Notes: generated from the sequence alone by a model not told the origin. DNA of 63,399 bases, filler included, from Choristocarpus tenellus KU-1152 (GCA_964200185.2; 12 parts of 12 records of this genome joined end to end with filler, not necessarily neighbours in it); one strand, 5' to 3'. Counted from the first letter of the whole stretch, positions 11,233-23,867 are shown. Made by a program: numbers and translations.

Positions 11233-14200
11233 ATACTGGTTGACAATGGACATGGAAACAGAGCTACGAGGGACCTGCCATCATGCCAGGGTCAATGACA
11301 TCGTCTTCCCTGCTGGCTGTCCAGAACTCTTTGTCACATGCTCTGTAGCTGATATCCGCGTTTGGAATGCTGCTCTTCGGCAGGAACTCCTACGCATCCA
11401 GGTGCTTGCTGATATTGGGGGGGAATTAGAGCTTTGTCAACAGGCTAAATTTGGATAGAGATAGGAGAACCAAAGCGAAAGTACAATAGACCTGGGGTTA
11501 AATACGTATGTAAATATGCAGAAAATGGAGGAGAGTACATCAGGTGAGGGATGATCAAGCCTATCGGCAGTAGTTCCAAACTACTGAAAAAAAAATGTTT
11601 GTCTCAGCGGGATGTGCCAGTTCAAAGCTTGAGATACAGTGGGTTGTGGTTCTAGGTCTGATTTCGGAGCAAGTCATAGGTACAAGTATAAGGTATGGAT
11701 CTGTGATCACACTCTGGATACCTGAACAGGGAGATGAGTTGTGTATGAGCCCAAGGTATGGGTTCATATGGTCATAGATGCAGATCTGTGTATCATATCT
11801 TCATTACGTCTTTCCTGTGTAAAATGCTTCGAAGTAGCCCACTAAAACAATGGAAATGCACTATATTGGATTCAAACCAGTGATACTATTACAATAAACA
11901 AGAGCTGTTTGCTATCACTCCACAATGCTTATATGATCTTAGGTACTAGAGTACATTGTTGACCCAGTTCTATTGTGGGTCTGGACTGAAGTCGCAGGTT
12001 GGATCTCAGATACAGGTCTGAGGCCATAGGTATAGCCATGGGCATGGTTCTGAGTTCATATGGCAGGTCCCCGGACAATGTCTGGTTTGAACTGCAGCCA
12101 CTGGTGCATATAATGAGTCCATCTCTAAGCTTGTAGTGTGGGTCCCAGGTCTGGTCCTAGGGCAGTCTCAAGGTACAGATTCCCTGCATAGACCCATGCT
12201 GGTACTGGTGGAATTACACTCTGGATTAGATCCAAAGCATTTCAGAGGATAGGGGTTTATTCCTGTTTATCCGTCTGGGGTTAGACTTTCCATGGGTTAT
12301 TTATACCCTTTTTTTCAGTTTTCTGAGAACACAGTTACATTCTCTGAAACTATGTACATGGCTATTAAAGGTGTGTCTGGAGAATGGATATTGTATCAAA
12401 ATATCTGGAGGGGTGTGGTGGCTGTCCATTTGGGGTCAATTTTTCCATGTCAGGGTTTTTGGGTGATTTGGTTACATATGTCGAATGGACAATATAAGTG
12501 CAGTTTCCTGGTTTTGACCCAAATGGACACCCTAGTGTAGACCGCCCCCTGCCCTCCAGATACTTTGGGTCTATTTACACTTGCTAACAAACACGATAGC
12601 CAAAATTCATCAAAATCGCAACAAGGATTTATGACCCCAAACGGATGCGGGCCCTACCCTCTTAAACGCTTTGGGTCAGTACCTGCAAATCCAACACCCG
12701 TAAGAAATGTCCACAGAAAATAACTTGGAGAAGGAAGACTCATCCCCAACACTGTCTACCAAACCAGCGATCAGCAATCCCAACATATGTGAGCGTGATA
12801 TGTTCCGAGCAGGCAAGTATGTTATATATACCTACCAACATCCAACCAAAATACCGAGCATCTCATATACATAGCTTTGATATCTTACCTTTAAGTGAGG
12901 TATGAAGTCTAGGCAGGAGCAACATACGCACCAGTGTCATGTTTGTGCAACACTGGAATGGACACAGGTGCCTAACCTGGAGTGCAATTGTGTGGGCATC
13001 ACCAGGTCTGGTGGGACCATCATCTCTGGGTGGGGTGATGGAAAAATCCGGGCATTTTACCCAGAGTCTGGCAAGCTCAAGTTTGTGATCTCTGATGCAC
13101 ATGAGGAGGGTGTGACAGCGGTTGCCCTTACCCAAGATGATGACACAAGTCCACCATGGAGGTATTTTGTTCCTTACCCTTTTTTACTCTCCCTCAAGAT
13201 GTAGTCAGTCCCTATGCCCAGTTCCGCACTCCTAACCTTAGCCTGTCAGGCATGCCATTGGTGATAGGTGACAGGTACCTCTGTCATAAGTATTTGTGTT
13301 CATTCGTGCCGAATACTCCAGAATGGTGCGTTCTTTATTCATGATCCCTCATGCATGGAGAGAGAATGCTGAAAAATGGTAGTCTGTCTTTAGTTGCCTA
13401 CTGCACACAAGCACAGAACACTCCCCTACCTAAGGTCATACCTATGTGCGTATAATTCTGTACTACCCCTCTTACCAGAATCATTTCTGGCGGAGGGGAT
13501 GGAAGAGTTCGCATTTGGTCCGTTACATCGTCCCATCGCGCCATGTCCATCTCCTGGAAGGAACATCGTGGCCCGGTAACATGCATTCAGGTACGATGTA
13601 TGCACACTCTTGTTTGGGGTAGGCGAGCACATGTTTGCCTGTTTGATGCAGGGGCAAGGGGTAAGGGTAAAATGCTGAAACAATGGGCAGATTGGAGTGG
13701 AAGATGGCGAGTGAGAGGCAACCAGGTAGGTGAAAGTGGTGGTTGCCGTTTTTGTTGTTGTGCAAGTTGGTGCCTACAATAATAATGTTACTTGCATGGC
13801 TTTGAACCCACTGTTTGCAAGAGAGTTGTGAGCCTTGAGGGAGAAGAATTGGCAAGGAGGGGTGCTCTTAGGACTTGCATGTGACGTCTATAGCATTGCA
13901 CCTTTTTTTTAATGCATTGTGACTCAAACCAAGTTTTAGCTGGCAATAGTTCATTTTGTCACCATGTCCTTACCTGCCTCCCTCGTGAGAAATAGCCAGC
14001 AGGAACACCCTATCATCCCCTGTGTATGTTTATACAATATATGCCCCCAGATCCCATCTCACTGTTATGGTATCACCTTGAAGACTCTTCCCCCGGATCA
14101 GAACCCAGACTATGATGCCATCTTGCCATGCCTCCTGGCCATAGCAACCCACCTTGAAGACTCTCTCCCCGGATCAGAACCCAGACTATGATGCCATCTT

Positions 14201-14453
14201 GCAATGCCTCCTGGCCATAGCAACCCACCTCGAAGTAGCTGACTCTACGCTTAAGTCTTATCCTACCTATCTTTTTCTACAGGTCTCCCGGGAGAACCAG
14301 CAGTGCATATCAGGTTCAGCGGATGGGTCATGCATTGTGTGGGACCTGAACAGAGGAGTCCGTGTGCTGGCCTTATTTGAGCCCAACGTATTCAAGGGAG
14401 TACTTTACCACCCGGATGAATCACAGTACCTCACATGCGGTTCCAACCACAAG
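11233..14453 (+). CDS. CFAP52: Cilia- and flagella-associated protein 52 (WDR16/FAP52), WD40 repeats; partial, 4 internal exons
   Basis: Exons 11233-11401, 12968-13161, 13479-13590 and 14283-14453 join in phase via GT-AG. They give TCHHARVNDIVFP..ELFVTCS.ADIRVW..ELLRIQ|VPNLEC..IISGWGDGKIRAFYPESGKLKFVISDAH..RIISGGGDGRVRIW..WKEHRGPVTCIQ|..CISGSADGSCIVWDL..YHPDESQYLTCGSNHK, which matches CFAP52. Confidence 0.92.
12394..12571 (+). mobile_element. MITE family B copy (diverged) in a CFAP52 intron, followed by a family A fragment to ~12680
   Basis: Homologous to 25275-25451; ends in CCAGATACTTTGGGTC. Confidence 0.75.
14074..14235. repeat. 76-bp direct tandem duplication (2.1 copies) in a CFAP52 intron
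   Basis: CACCTTGAAGACTCT... restarts at 14074, 14150 and 14226; the copies are near-identical. Confidence 0.95.
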
Positions 14454-14653
14454 GTCAGGAGAGAGGAGATTTGGTGTATGTAGATGGGCAATGCAGGTGG
14501 GTTGTTGGGGGAGGTGTGGAGCAGGGTGTATACTCCTGGCACATGCTTGGTGGTGGTCCAATTGTAGGCCCTGAAGGTGTCTATAGGAGCTGGGGAGTGT
14601 CTACATTAGCCAAGATATGAAGGTCTCAACTGTTTATACTACTTATCATGAGA

Positions 14654-14931
14654 GAGTCTAAGTATCTTAGAGAGTAGAGCCGTGTCCGTTTGGGGGCCAA
14701 AATCCAATGTTGCGATTTTGATGCAATTTTGGCTATCGTGCTTGTTAGGAAGTGTCAATATCCCTGTTCCGGACACACCTTTTCATGACGTACACATTTT
14801 ACCTATATTTTAACTACTCCAAAATTCCGGAGTTTCGGAGTAGGAAAATGTCATAAAAACCCATGGGAAGCCAAGCCCCAAACGGACAAACAGGGCAAAA
14901 CTCGTACCCTAACCCTAAGATACTTTCACTC
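14654..14931 (+). mobile_element. MITE family A copy, TSD AGA
   Basis: GAGTCTAAGTATCTTAG...CTAAGATACTTTCACTC, flanked by AGA/AGA. Confidence 0.9.
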
Positions 14932-14970
14932 AGAGTACCAGCTAATTTGCTGGTGGTGAACATGGTTGTT

Positions 14971-15148
14971 GGATCAAAGTATCTAGGGTGCGTGTGATGG
15001 CTGTCCATTTGGGGCCAATTTTCCCATGTCGCGATGTTTGAGTGATTTGGCTGCATGTGTTGGATGGATAATGTAAATGCACTTCTCCTGGTCAGGGCCC
15101 GAATGGACACCTGATGTAGACCCCCTCCCCCCCCAGATACTTTGAGCC
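14971..15148 (+). mobile_element. MITE family B copy (~178 bp)
   Basis: GGATCAAAGTATCT...AGATACTTTGAGCC; internal sequence matches 25275-25451. Confidence 0.85.
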
Positions 15149-16002
15149 TCTCTGGCATTGAGAACCTGGTGACGACACAAAGAAGCAAGTTGTGGAAATG
15201 AGATGTATGGAAAGTATCACAATCCCAACAAGCGGTGCAGGGCAACCTTGTGCAGGCATCTAATTTACTGTACGTCACATTTTATTAATTTAAACTAGAA
15301 ACAGGGCCATTCCTGACTGAAAGTTGGAACATGTTGGCCAATAGTATCGTAGGTGGGGGCTTCAGGTACCCATTCAGGACCGTTGTGAACCTGTAGCGAT
15401 TTTCATGTCATGGGAGTGAATGTGTCAGGTGTAAGATCGCCTTTTCTCCATCTCAACACACATCCCTTTTTTATCCCCCTGCCTGAACCAAACCCGAAGG
15501 AAAAATACTCCCAGAACGGGCATCAAACTGGGGGATCTTACAATACCCCATCAAGGGTCAAACGGATAGTCAGGGCAAAACACCCCCCCTCTAAGATACC
15601 ATNNNNNNNNNNNNNNNNNNNNNNNNNNNNNNNNNNNNNNNNNNNNTTAATTAATTAANNNNNNNNNNNNNNNNNNNNNNNNNNNNNNNNNNNNNNNNNN
15701 NNGAGTAAGTGGTCTGGATGCTTTGGTTGGGTGATGCATCAATCCGTTGCCTCTTTTTTGGGGACATAGTTTTGTGTACTACCTTTGTAAACTTTCTTTC
15801 TCTTACGTTTAAATTTATACGTTTAAATATTGTGTTGCTGATTGATATGATGTCGTGGGCGGAGAAAAATGGAAAAAAAAAAACCTTCAAGAGAACGCGA
15901 TGACCACTGCAAAATGGGACAGGGATTGCATTGTATTGTATTGTATTGTTTTGTTTGTCTTAATTTTTTTCTGTTTTTTTGTCTGTTGTGTTATGTTGGC
16001 AG

Positions 16003-16229
16003 GTTACGGAACAAGAAGGAGACCCGTTCAAGATAGTGGCTCACTCTCCTGCTGACCTGAAGGGCGGTAAGAGGGAAGTTGCCTTTGTGGTGAAGATATT
16101 TGAGGTGGTGATGGACAAGCAGGACATGCATGGGGAGGAAGAGGAAGAGTGGTACGGTCTGCCTGGATGCCCTGGCGCGGATACCATCATGTTGGTAGAT
16201 GTCCAGAGGAAGAGTGGTAGCTATATGAG
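16003..16229 (+). CDS. Isolated internal exon of an unknown gene (possibly a KA1-like kinase C-terminal domain)
   Basis: Polypyrimidine tract plus CAG acceptor at 16002 and AG|GTACGC donor at 16230. Open 75-codon frame ..VAFVVKIFEV..IMLVDVQRKSGS. The domain guess is weak. Confidence 0.5.
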
Positions 16230-16273
16230 GTACGCTGGACTTGAAATGAGACAGAATTCCGACTACAGTTTGT

Positions 16274-16318
16274 TATGAAAGTATGAATGAAGTATGAATG
16301 AAGTATGAATGAAGTATG
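16274..16318. repeat. 11-bp tandem repeat (ATGAAGTATGA) x4
   Basis: Visible directly. Confidence 0.9.
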
Positions 16319-16507
16319 GCCTCTTTTTAAGAGTTTTGTGATTCTTTTGTCCAGCAGCATAATACTTCATTTGATAATGTTGTTGTCATTTAGAAACAAA
16401 CAAAAAAAGAGATCAACATTTATTTAGCGATGGATGGTTGAAAAATTAGAATTTGGGTTTGAATATAAGATTATTCTTGTCCAGATAGACCGTATTGATA
16501 GTATTAC

Positions 16508-16525
16508 TCATCATCATCATCATCA

Positions 16526-16580
<55 letters not shown>
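16508..16580. repeat. Compound (CAT)n(TAT)n microsatellite
   Basis: Visible directly. Confidence 0.95.
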
Positions 16581-17436
16581 CTTATGATTATTTTGTTGCG
16601 GTAGTGCAGTACCTTTTTTTCTTTTTTTAATGTTGTGTTACAGGATGCTTTTTTAGATGGGTAGGCGTGATACAATTGTTGGTATCATGTATTATTAACC
16701 CCACTGATGTTTTTCAGATGTGTCCGGGGAGAGATAAGACAATGAATCAACATCTTGAACCATAAGCTGCATCTTGATAGACTATGCAACTTATGGTTCA
16801 CAAAGCATTTTTGTTGGGGGGGGGTTCTTGGTAGGGTAGTACTCTTTATTTTATTTTTTACTATAATTTTACATCCATTTTATGGTACATGCTTTAATTT
16901 TTTTTATCTTTTTTTGAACTCAACTCTCCTACGCAGTGAAAAGTATTACCTTAGTTAGTGTGACAGTACTAGATGCCGATGTTAATTTGGTGGTTGTGGT
17001 TGGGGTTTTTTTCTTCTAATCCTATGATTTGACGGAACATATAATACCCTCTCTCTTTTTTCTTTTTTTTTCCCCCCCCCCCCTACCAAATCAACTAAAC
17101 GGTTGAACTATTTGATTTGTTGAAATTATCGGACCAGTTCCTAGGTCTTGTACATACTCTTGACCTTTTGTTTTGGTACCATACTACAATCCCAACCCTA
17201 TCAACTGTGCCCAAGATACTCTCCAGAGTGTGAGGCTAGAGGCTTGTTCAGTTTTTGTATTGCTTGGATTTTTTTTTGTATCATGAACTGGAGCATGCAT
17301 GATGAGTAGTCTCACTGTGCTTGCTTTTTTCGGGTCGGTCAGGCACCATCCAACACTACCCTAGCCCTAACCCTAACCAATCAAACTGTTTATTAAGAGG
17401 TGTAATACAAGACTACTTGGAGACACAACACCAAGT

Positions 17437-17465
17437 CCTAACCCTAACCCTAACCCTAACCCTAA
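17437..17465 (-). repeat. Interstitial telomere-type repeat (CCCTAA)~5
   Basis: Visible directly; a shorter run lies at 17358-17378. Confidence 0.9.
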
Positions 17466-17579
17466 TTTTTTTTTTCAGTTACCGCCGGTTAGAACGGACA
17501 TTCATCTCTCGCCTAGTGGGTGCAAAGCACTGAATAAAAAAAGGTTTGTACGCAAGACATGTATCTATCCCTCATTGTT

Positions 17580-18500
17580 CTTAACCCTGCTGTGGACAGT
17601 GGATGAACAAGGCAGCCGCGTTGAGTGGCCATCCATTTGTTGGTGGTGGGCAAGGAAGAAGAAAACAATATGGCAACCTTGGAAGTGTTGGTTTTGAGGG
17701 AGAGAGAGAAAGGGAGGGTGTGTGATATAGGCAGTTAAAATTTATTCTTGGACTGTTCCATTCGGTAGGACTACGGTATATAGGTTGGAATGCTGGGGTT
17801 GTGATGACATGATAACTTTTCACTGATTGGTGAAGAGGTACTGAAGAAGATGATGCAGATGTAAGAGTCTGGGATGGATCAATATTTTTCTACCTATTTA
17901 TTGTGTGTATGGTATGTATGTGTGCAAGTGTAGGGGCTGATGAGACTCTCCTGACTGTAAGGGGGGGTGGTTATGAGTGAAGTGTGAACACCCATCTACT
18001 TCATTCTGCAAAAAGATAGAAGGTAACAGGGCATCCACCACATTGGTTGTTACTATCGTATGCTGGCCCCACAATGTATGGCAGTATAGTTGAGTTGTGA
18101 TTGTATGGTCATACGTCCTATTGCCTTTGTTGGATAGTGTTGAGGTTGATTTGATATGCCTCCCTGTTCTTGAGTTAGAAATAGGGCTACCAACACCTTT
18201 ATGTATGTATGCCTATGAATGAACTTGCACACCACAATCAGGCATGGATGGAGGGTAGTCTCAAGTCAAAAGCCGCAGCTGTGTTGAGTGTTGTTATGCA
18301 TGCAATGAATCACTGCCTTCCAGAGTACACTATGAATGTCTGTATGTAGGTTCTTAGGGCAGTATTTTTGCGGGAGTTTGTAGCAGTTGAAGAGCAGGCC
18401 ATTGGTGGCATTGCATATTATAGTTTGAAGAGCAGGCCAGTAGCCTAGAAGAGTGTGCAAGCTCCCCTTTGACAGCTCTTATGTTCTCTGAAGTCTGGTT
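17580..18500 (-). mobile_element. Highly degenerate Ty1/Copia integrase to RT-start remnant
   Basis: KNLHTDI (~18340) and LTQEQGGISNQ..AIGRMTIQSQL..LWG (~18065-18180) resemble Copia integrase LVHTD and TPQQNGVAER..ARxML..LWGEA. Confidence 0.4.
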
Positions 18501-20558
18501 ATAATCAGGCCCTGCACAGAGGAGTTTGGTCATTCTCTGCAACAGCTAACTGTTGATTTATAGTGTGTTTTTTCTTATGTGGTTCTTCCCCTCGTAATTC
18601 GTTTGATGCAAGTTATTGGCACAAACAGGTTACTAATTTTTTCGACTTTTTTGGTTTTCAGCACATGCTTGGTGGATGCCCGTGCAGTATTATTGATGAT
18701 GTAACTGACGTTCTTGCTCATTGCTGTTGTGTGGCGGATTGCTACCAGCTTTGTTCGAGCTTTTGAGGTCGTTGTGATGGTTTCAATTAGCTACCACACT
18801 AGCTCACATTATGGTCACGTTGTGTCAAGCATGTCGACAACACACCTGCCTGAGTTGGTGGTGTGGTATTCTTGATTTTGCTGTTGCATTACAATCCCAC
18901 TCCCATACATGAAGGATATGTTCCCATTGATGCCATTTGAACTCTGTATCATTGATTGCGTATGAGATGTCATTACCCCCCCCCTCCCCCGCCTTGTATA
19001 TGTATCTGGACCCCACTCATAGTGCGAAACAAGGCACAACATATTACCCCAGAATACATAGTGAAGGTACTCTACCTGTTGAAAATTAGAACGGAAGGGC
19101 AGTGTACATTTATTTTGTGTTTCTTGTTCCTGTGTACTACGTAGTAGTATGCAGATCAAAAAGTATTTTTTGTAGATATTTTTGTAAGAGTTTTTCCAAT
19201 TTATGTTCTTGTTTGATGATGAGTGGGTGTGTCCATATGTGTCCTCAGTGCTGCCGAGTGGAGAATCAATACTACGTAAACTAATTGGCGAAAAAGAAAT
19301 GTGGCTGCTGTTCGTCAGTATATCCATCTGTAAGCTCATGCCTCTAGAATGTTTCTTGGCCTAACTCTTTGGACTGGCTGGAGCACAATATGATGTTTGC
19401 TCAATGCATGATCACCTCTGCCTGTATTTGTACTCTTTTTTTTTTCCTCCCCTGCTAATGTTGTAGTGATCTTTCGATCTCTTTTTAGCGTGTACTTCCA
19501 TTTATAGGTCTCATTTGCTGTTGACTTTTGGATGGAGGAGCCCTTTTTATGTTGCGTTTGGTCTGTGTATAATATTTCGGAGTAAACATCCAAAATATTA
19601 TAAAAAATGGATTAACTATATTGCAAGAAGTGTGAAACAGATGAAAACAAGTCAACAGGTTCTTCAGACTGAAGGGGAGCGGGAAGACCCACAGGAGGAA
19701 AGAAAATGACGAGAGACAAGGCAAGAGGGAGAGCAATCCCTCAGAAGATCACTCAGGAAAGAGTGAACAAGTGGAAAGTGAATGAGGGGGGTTGGCAAGG
19801 TGCCCTCAAACCACCCGCTATTTACTTAAAGCGGATGACACCTTCAACATGCAAAAACAAATGTCGTACGAATATCAGATTCTTAAAGGTAGGTTACCTT
19901 CAAGGTATACCTTCTTTGGATGATGGCTCTCACGTCACCCCCCCCCCCTATGTGGTTTGATACATGTATCCCAACAACACAGGGGTCGATGGGAAATGAG
20001 GGNNNNNNNNNNNNNNNNNNNNNNNNNNNNNNNNNNNNNNNNNNNNTTAATTAATTAANNNNNNNNNNNNNNNNNNNNNNNNNNNNNNNNNNNNNNNNNN
20101 NNGAAATAATCGAGTTATTTACACACACAAGTCTTGGGAACACCAGTTTCTTTAACAGAAGATATCATGAGATTGAAAACTAGAGCGGTTTCGAATTAGA
20201 GTTAAAGTAGTCTAAGGGCTATGACTCTCGACTTCGCTGTGGATTTACCTGACACTGTTCTCTATAAGGAGCAGGTCTCAACAGCTACATTGCTTCTGTA
20301 TATCATGTGCACCAGGCACATCACGCACAAACAACCCCCCCTATCATAGACAACGAAAAAACAGAGACAAAATTGCAACCATGCACTCCCTACCTTATCT
20401 TGCTTGGATTAAGAAGCCCAACACAAACGCCTCCAAAGAGTTTCCTTGGTCTTTCTATCCACATTGCCACATGCTTTGCCCTCGTCTATTGGCCAAACGA
20501 TAGATGGTTCAATACCACCATACTCAAAAAGAAGATGAAAACGCGCGGTTGTATAAAA

Positions 20559-21626
20559 CTAGCAGGTTGAGCCAGTTGAGTCATCTGAATCCAGGGAAAA
20601 TGACTCAAGCACGCCCTCAACAAAGGAAGTCTCACTAAATGCCTCCGTGCCCCTTTCCAGAACGTGCAGCTCCCCCTTGTCCCATTCCTCCCTTTCTGCA
20701 TCCTCATACATAAATTCTAGCTCGCTTGATGAGTAGAAGAGTTCTGCTAACTCATGCCGCTCAAACTTTGGTCTGACCTCGTGGATGCTGAGAATAAGAC
20801 CATGCACAAAGCGTACGCCCTTCTCCCCAGGGCACCCCTCCGTATCCTCTTCTTCTCCTTCATCCTCCAACTCAAGATCTTTAGACCCGTAGTCGTCCTC
20901 TACCACGCTCCAAGCCGAATCGTCACTGTAGGGGTCGTCCACGGAAACGCATGCGGTGTCTAGGACATGGCGGGGGAAATCTCTGCCCAACTCCCTTTGC
21001 CATTTCCACCCAGTATCTCCTTTTCCCCCGTCTACGTCTTCCTCCCAGCTCCTCGTACCTGACTCTTCGTTGGGAGGAGAAACTTTGCCGAACAAAGGAT
21101 ATACTGGACGGTGCATCCTTGCCGACTCCTCTGCAGATGGCGAACAAGAAGCACTGTCTCGATTTATTCCTGTACGGAGCTTACTTACAGTGTCCTGCTT
21201 TAAGTCATCATTACAGTGGACATCATTGATCATGGGCACGCCATGACCACTATCGGCAAATATGCTCGAGCACCTTGCCATGACCTCTAACTCCGCCTGA
21301 TTTGTGCCCATAGTCTTCGCCATGATATCCTTGGGTCTCTTGACGCCGGGCCCACCAAAACAACTTTGCTCGATCCCCTCGGACACATTCATATTCCGGA
21401 ACTTTGGTGCACTACCTGTACCACTGCCTGGAAGGTTTATGTAGGCATTGTCCGAACTTGCGACAGGCTGTTCCATCTCCTCTTCGCTACCCCCGACCAT
21501 CAATCCAATGCTGTCTCGCTTCACAAAAGGCAATTCCTCAACGTCAACCTCCTCAATCCATGATTTACCAGTTTCCCCACACAGTGAGACCACACCAGTC
21601 ATTCCAGCAGCGGCCAGGCAACTCAT
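20559..21626 (-). CDS. Acidic, largely disordered 355-aa protein with a C-terminal KGVRF (RVxF-type) motif and helical ELAELFY segment
   Basis: Longest uninterrupted ORF in the window, with coding-like composition. The ATG follows CTAG, so this may be a terminal exon of a longer transcript. Confidence 0.7.
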   Translation of the reverse strand: MSCLAAAGMTGVVSLCGETGKSWIEEVDVEELPFVKRDSIGLMVGGSEEEMEQPVASSDNAYINLPGSGTGSAPKFRNMNVSEGIEQSCFGGPGVKRPKDIMAKTMGTNQAELEVMARCSSIFADSGHGVPMINDVHCNDDLKQDTVSKLRTGINRDSASCSPSAEESARMHRPVYPLFGKVSPPNEESGTRSWEEDVDGGKGDTGWKWQRELGRDFPRHVLDTACVSVDDPYSDDSAWSVVEDDYGSKDLELEDEGEEEDTEGCPGEKGVRFVHGLILSIHEVRPKFERHELAELFYSSSELEFMYEDAEREEWDKGELHVLERGTEAFSETSFVEGVLESFSLDSDDSTGSTC

Positions 21627-21708
21627 CTAGGTGAATACTTAGGAGTTTTCCGAATGGATCGGAAGTTCTACAGAGAACCTCAATCCTCAGAAATGTGAGT
21701 TGCGAGCA

Positions 21709-21830
21709 CCCACCAAGTTCCCACCAAGCTCCCATGCAGCTCCTACACAGTACCCACCAAATCCCCACCTCGATCCCGCCAAGCTCCAGCCAAGCTCCCC
21801 CCAAGCTCCAGCCAAGCTCCCCCCAAGCAC
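21709..21830. repeat. Degenerate ~11-bp repeat (CCAAGCTCCC)
   Basis: Visible directly. Confidence 0.75.
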
Positions 21831-22131
21831 CCCTCACCCTTCTGCTTCTTGTTTTTGGTTATTTGCTCATTGATGATCTGTAAGATCCTGGAAAATTGAG
21901 GTTAGAGGTTGGGTTTGCAGTTGTGCAATGAGGTCTGAATTCATACTGCGGCACAACTTGTAACATTACCAGGGGTAACTTCAATTTTTTGTAATTTAGT
22001 GATAAAATGGTAAGATTACGGTTACAGAAGTAAGAGAAAGACCGAAAAAGGTTTATAAACGCCCTTTTTCTGAAAGAGTGGTGGGTGTCCCGAAGAACTG
22101 GTACGTTATAGTTACAGATCAGGCTAAGGCT

Positions 22132-23867
22132 ATGAATAAACGCTTCCCTAAGAATGATGAGGAATGGGAGGATAAAGCAGGGGGAATAAAAGTGAGTGCT
22201 TACTTGATGCAAGGCTTGATTTTGTTAGCCAAATGCTAGGACAAAGGATGACTCCAGAATCACACTGCAACGCTCCCAATAATCCCTTCTTATCGATTTT
22301 TGATGGTCAGGGAATCCTGACATCCGGTCTCTCGGCTGGTTTGACTGTTGGAAAGTATGGTGAGACAGCAGTTCGGTGGATAGCGCGGACTGGGGGGAAG
22401 TGGGGCCTCATTGTTGTGTCGACTGCACTGGTAACCATCTTGCCACTTGTGTTCGAGGTGAGGTCAATTGATTGCGGGTTAGTTAGCCACCAGTAAATAT
22501 CGCATTGGAGCCGAAGAAATGGTTCTTAATTTCATTGTCGTCTTCCTTGTGAGTTGCTGCAATCCCAGGACAAGGTTTCGATCATGACCTATAAAGTCGA
22601 CAGAGAAACACTCCTCCCACCCGAAGATACCTTGATTTGAATGCTTTAACATTTTACATGTTGAGCCTTCATTATCATCCTGAAGCCAGGGGATGGTGCA
22701 GTAAAAGTATTGCTCTCGCTAGATCTTGGCACGATGTCCTCTTCCTGTGGCTTGAGCGAGCTGCCTGTCAAGAGAACTGGCAGTTGCTCTCAGTTGTCGA
22801 TAAGGAAGAACACCTCTACTCCCAATTTCATATGTCAGATGAGTCTTTTAAACACGGTTTCACGTGGTTGCTGAAGTATCCGCGATCTGGCCTTGTGTTG
22901 AGCGTTTTATCAGGAAAAGACTGTTCGCAAGGCAAATTTCCAAGTTGAAATGAGCCTGAGCACCATCCTGGACAAATGGTATGTAACTTACACGATTTAA
23001 GTAATACATTTATCTGGGATGATTCTTCTGAACTACAAAAAAAAAAATTCACTGGAGGAATTAACTTGTGGGATGGTGAACCTTTGGATTCCTTGTCAAG
23101 AATGAGACTGAATGAAACTTTCCAATTCCTACCATCTATCCATCACAACACTATGGGGAGGAGAGAAAACAAACCTCATTCATACATCTACAGGACTCAT
23201 CTTTCTGCAATGAAGGGTGGAGGACAAAATTAGTATATTATATCCTTATTCTTACTATTGTGACACTGTACTTATCACAATACGTTAATGGTTACAGCTA
23301 ATCAAGAACCCCCCCCCCCTGACAAATTTATCCCACAAATTCTACTTCGTAGGGTTTCATTATACTTTACGCAACTAAGAAAAGGCAGTGAACTGATCGA
23401 CTCTTCCCACTTTAAATTTCAAATCATGTTTGGACTGATGTTAGGAAGGTGATGTTGTGTTTTTATGTGAATTTGGACACAAGTACTTTTCAACTCGGCA
23501 TATTTTCATATTTTCCTGTGATACAAATGTGATGTTCATAGCCCCACTGCTCATTGCACCAAGCCTCCAACACCATTAAAAGCTGTTTGCCATATTGCCC
23601 TGGAACCATTCCGCATGCACGCACCACTCTCTCCTTACGTAGATTTTTGACTTTGACTTTAATCCTGTGCAAGTGGGATCTGAATCACATTCCCTGTTGC
23701 TCTAAATTGTGCAGATATCCCGGGAGCAGCAGCAGATCGAGCATGAGAATATGCAAATTAATGCCCTTTTGGCAGAGGGAAAGACTAGGCAAGAGATTGC
23801 ACACATGGGATTGTGGTCAGCAATCGATCCAAATGTCATTGGAGAAGGGGGTGCTGCAAAGGGATGA
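22132..23867 (+). CDS. TOM22: Mitochondrial import receptor subunit TOM22 (short form), 119 aa, 3 exons, complete
   Basis: Exons 22132-22191, 22311-22457 and 23715-23867, all phase 0 with GT-AG. The segment TGGKWGLIVVSTALVTILPLVFE|ISREQQQIE matches the Tom22 transmembrane helix with its conserved proline (cf. WIxxTxxLxLxxPLxxExxREQQ). Confidence 0.8.

Noticed and set aside
11865-11940. tRNA or tRNA-derived SINE (GGTTTGAATCC B-box-like on the minus strand; similar near 39030)
   Set aside because: No cloverleaf could be folded and no clear second copy was found.
18815-19339. 174-aa ORF
   Set aside because: No motifs, non-ATG start, and it lies in decayed repeat-like DNA.
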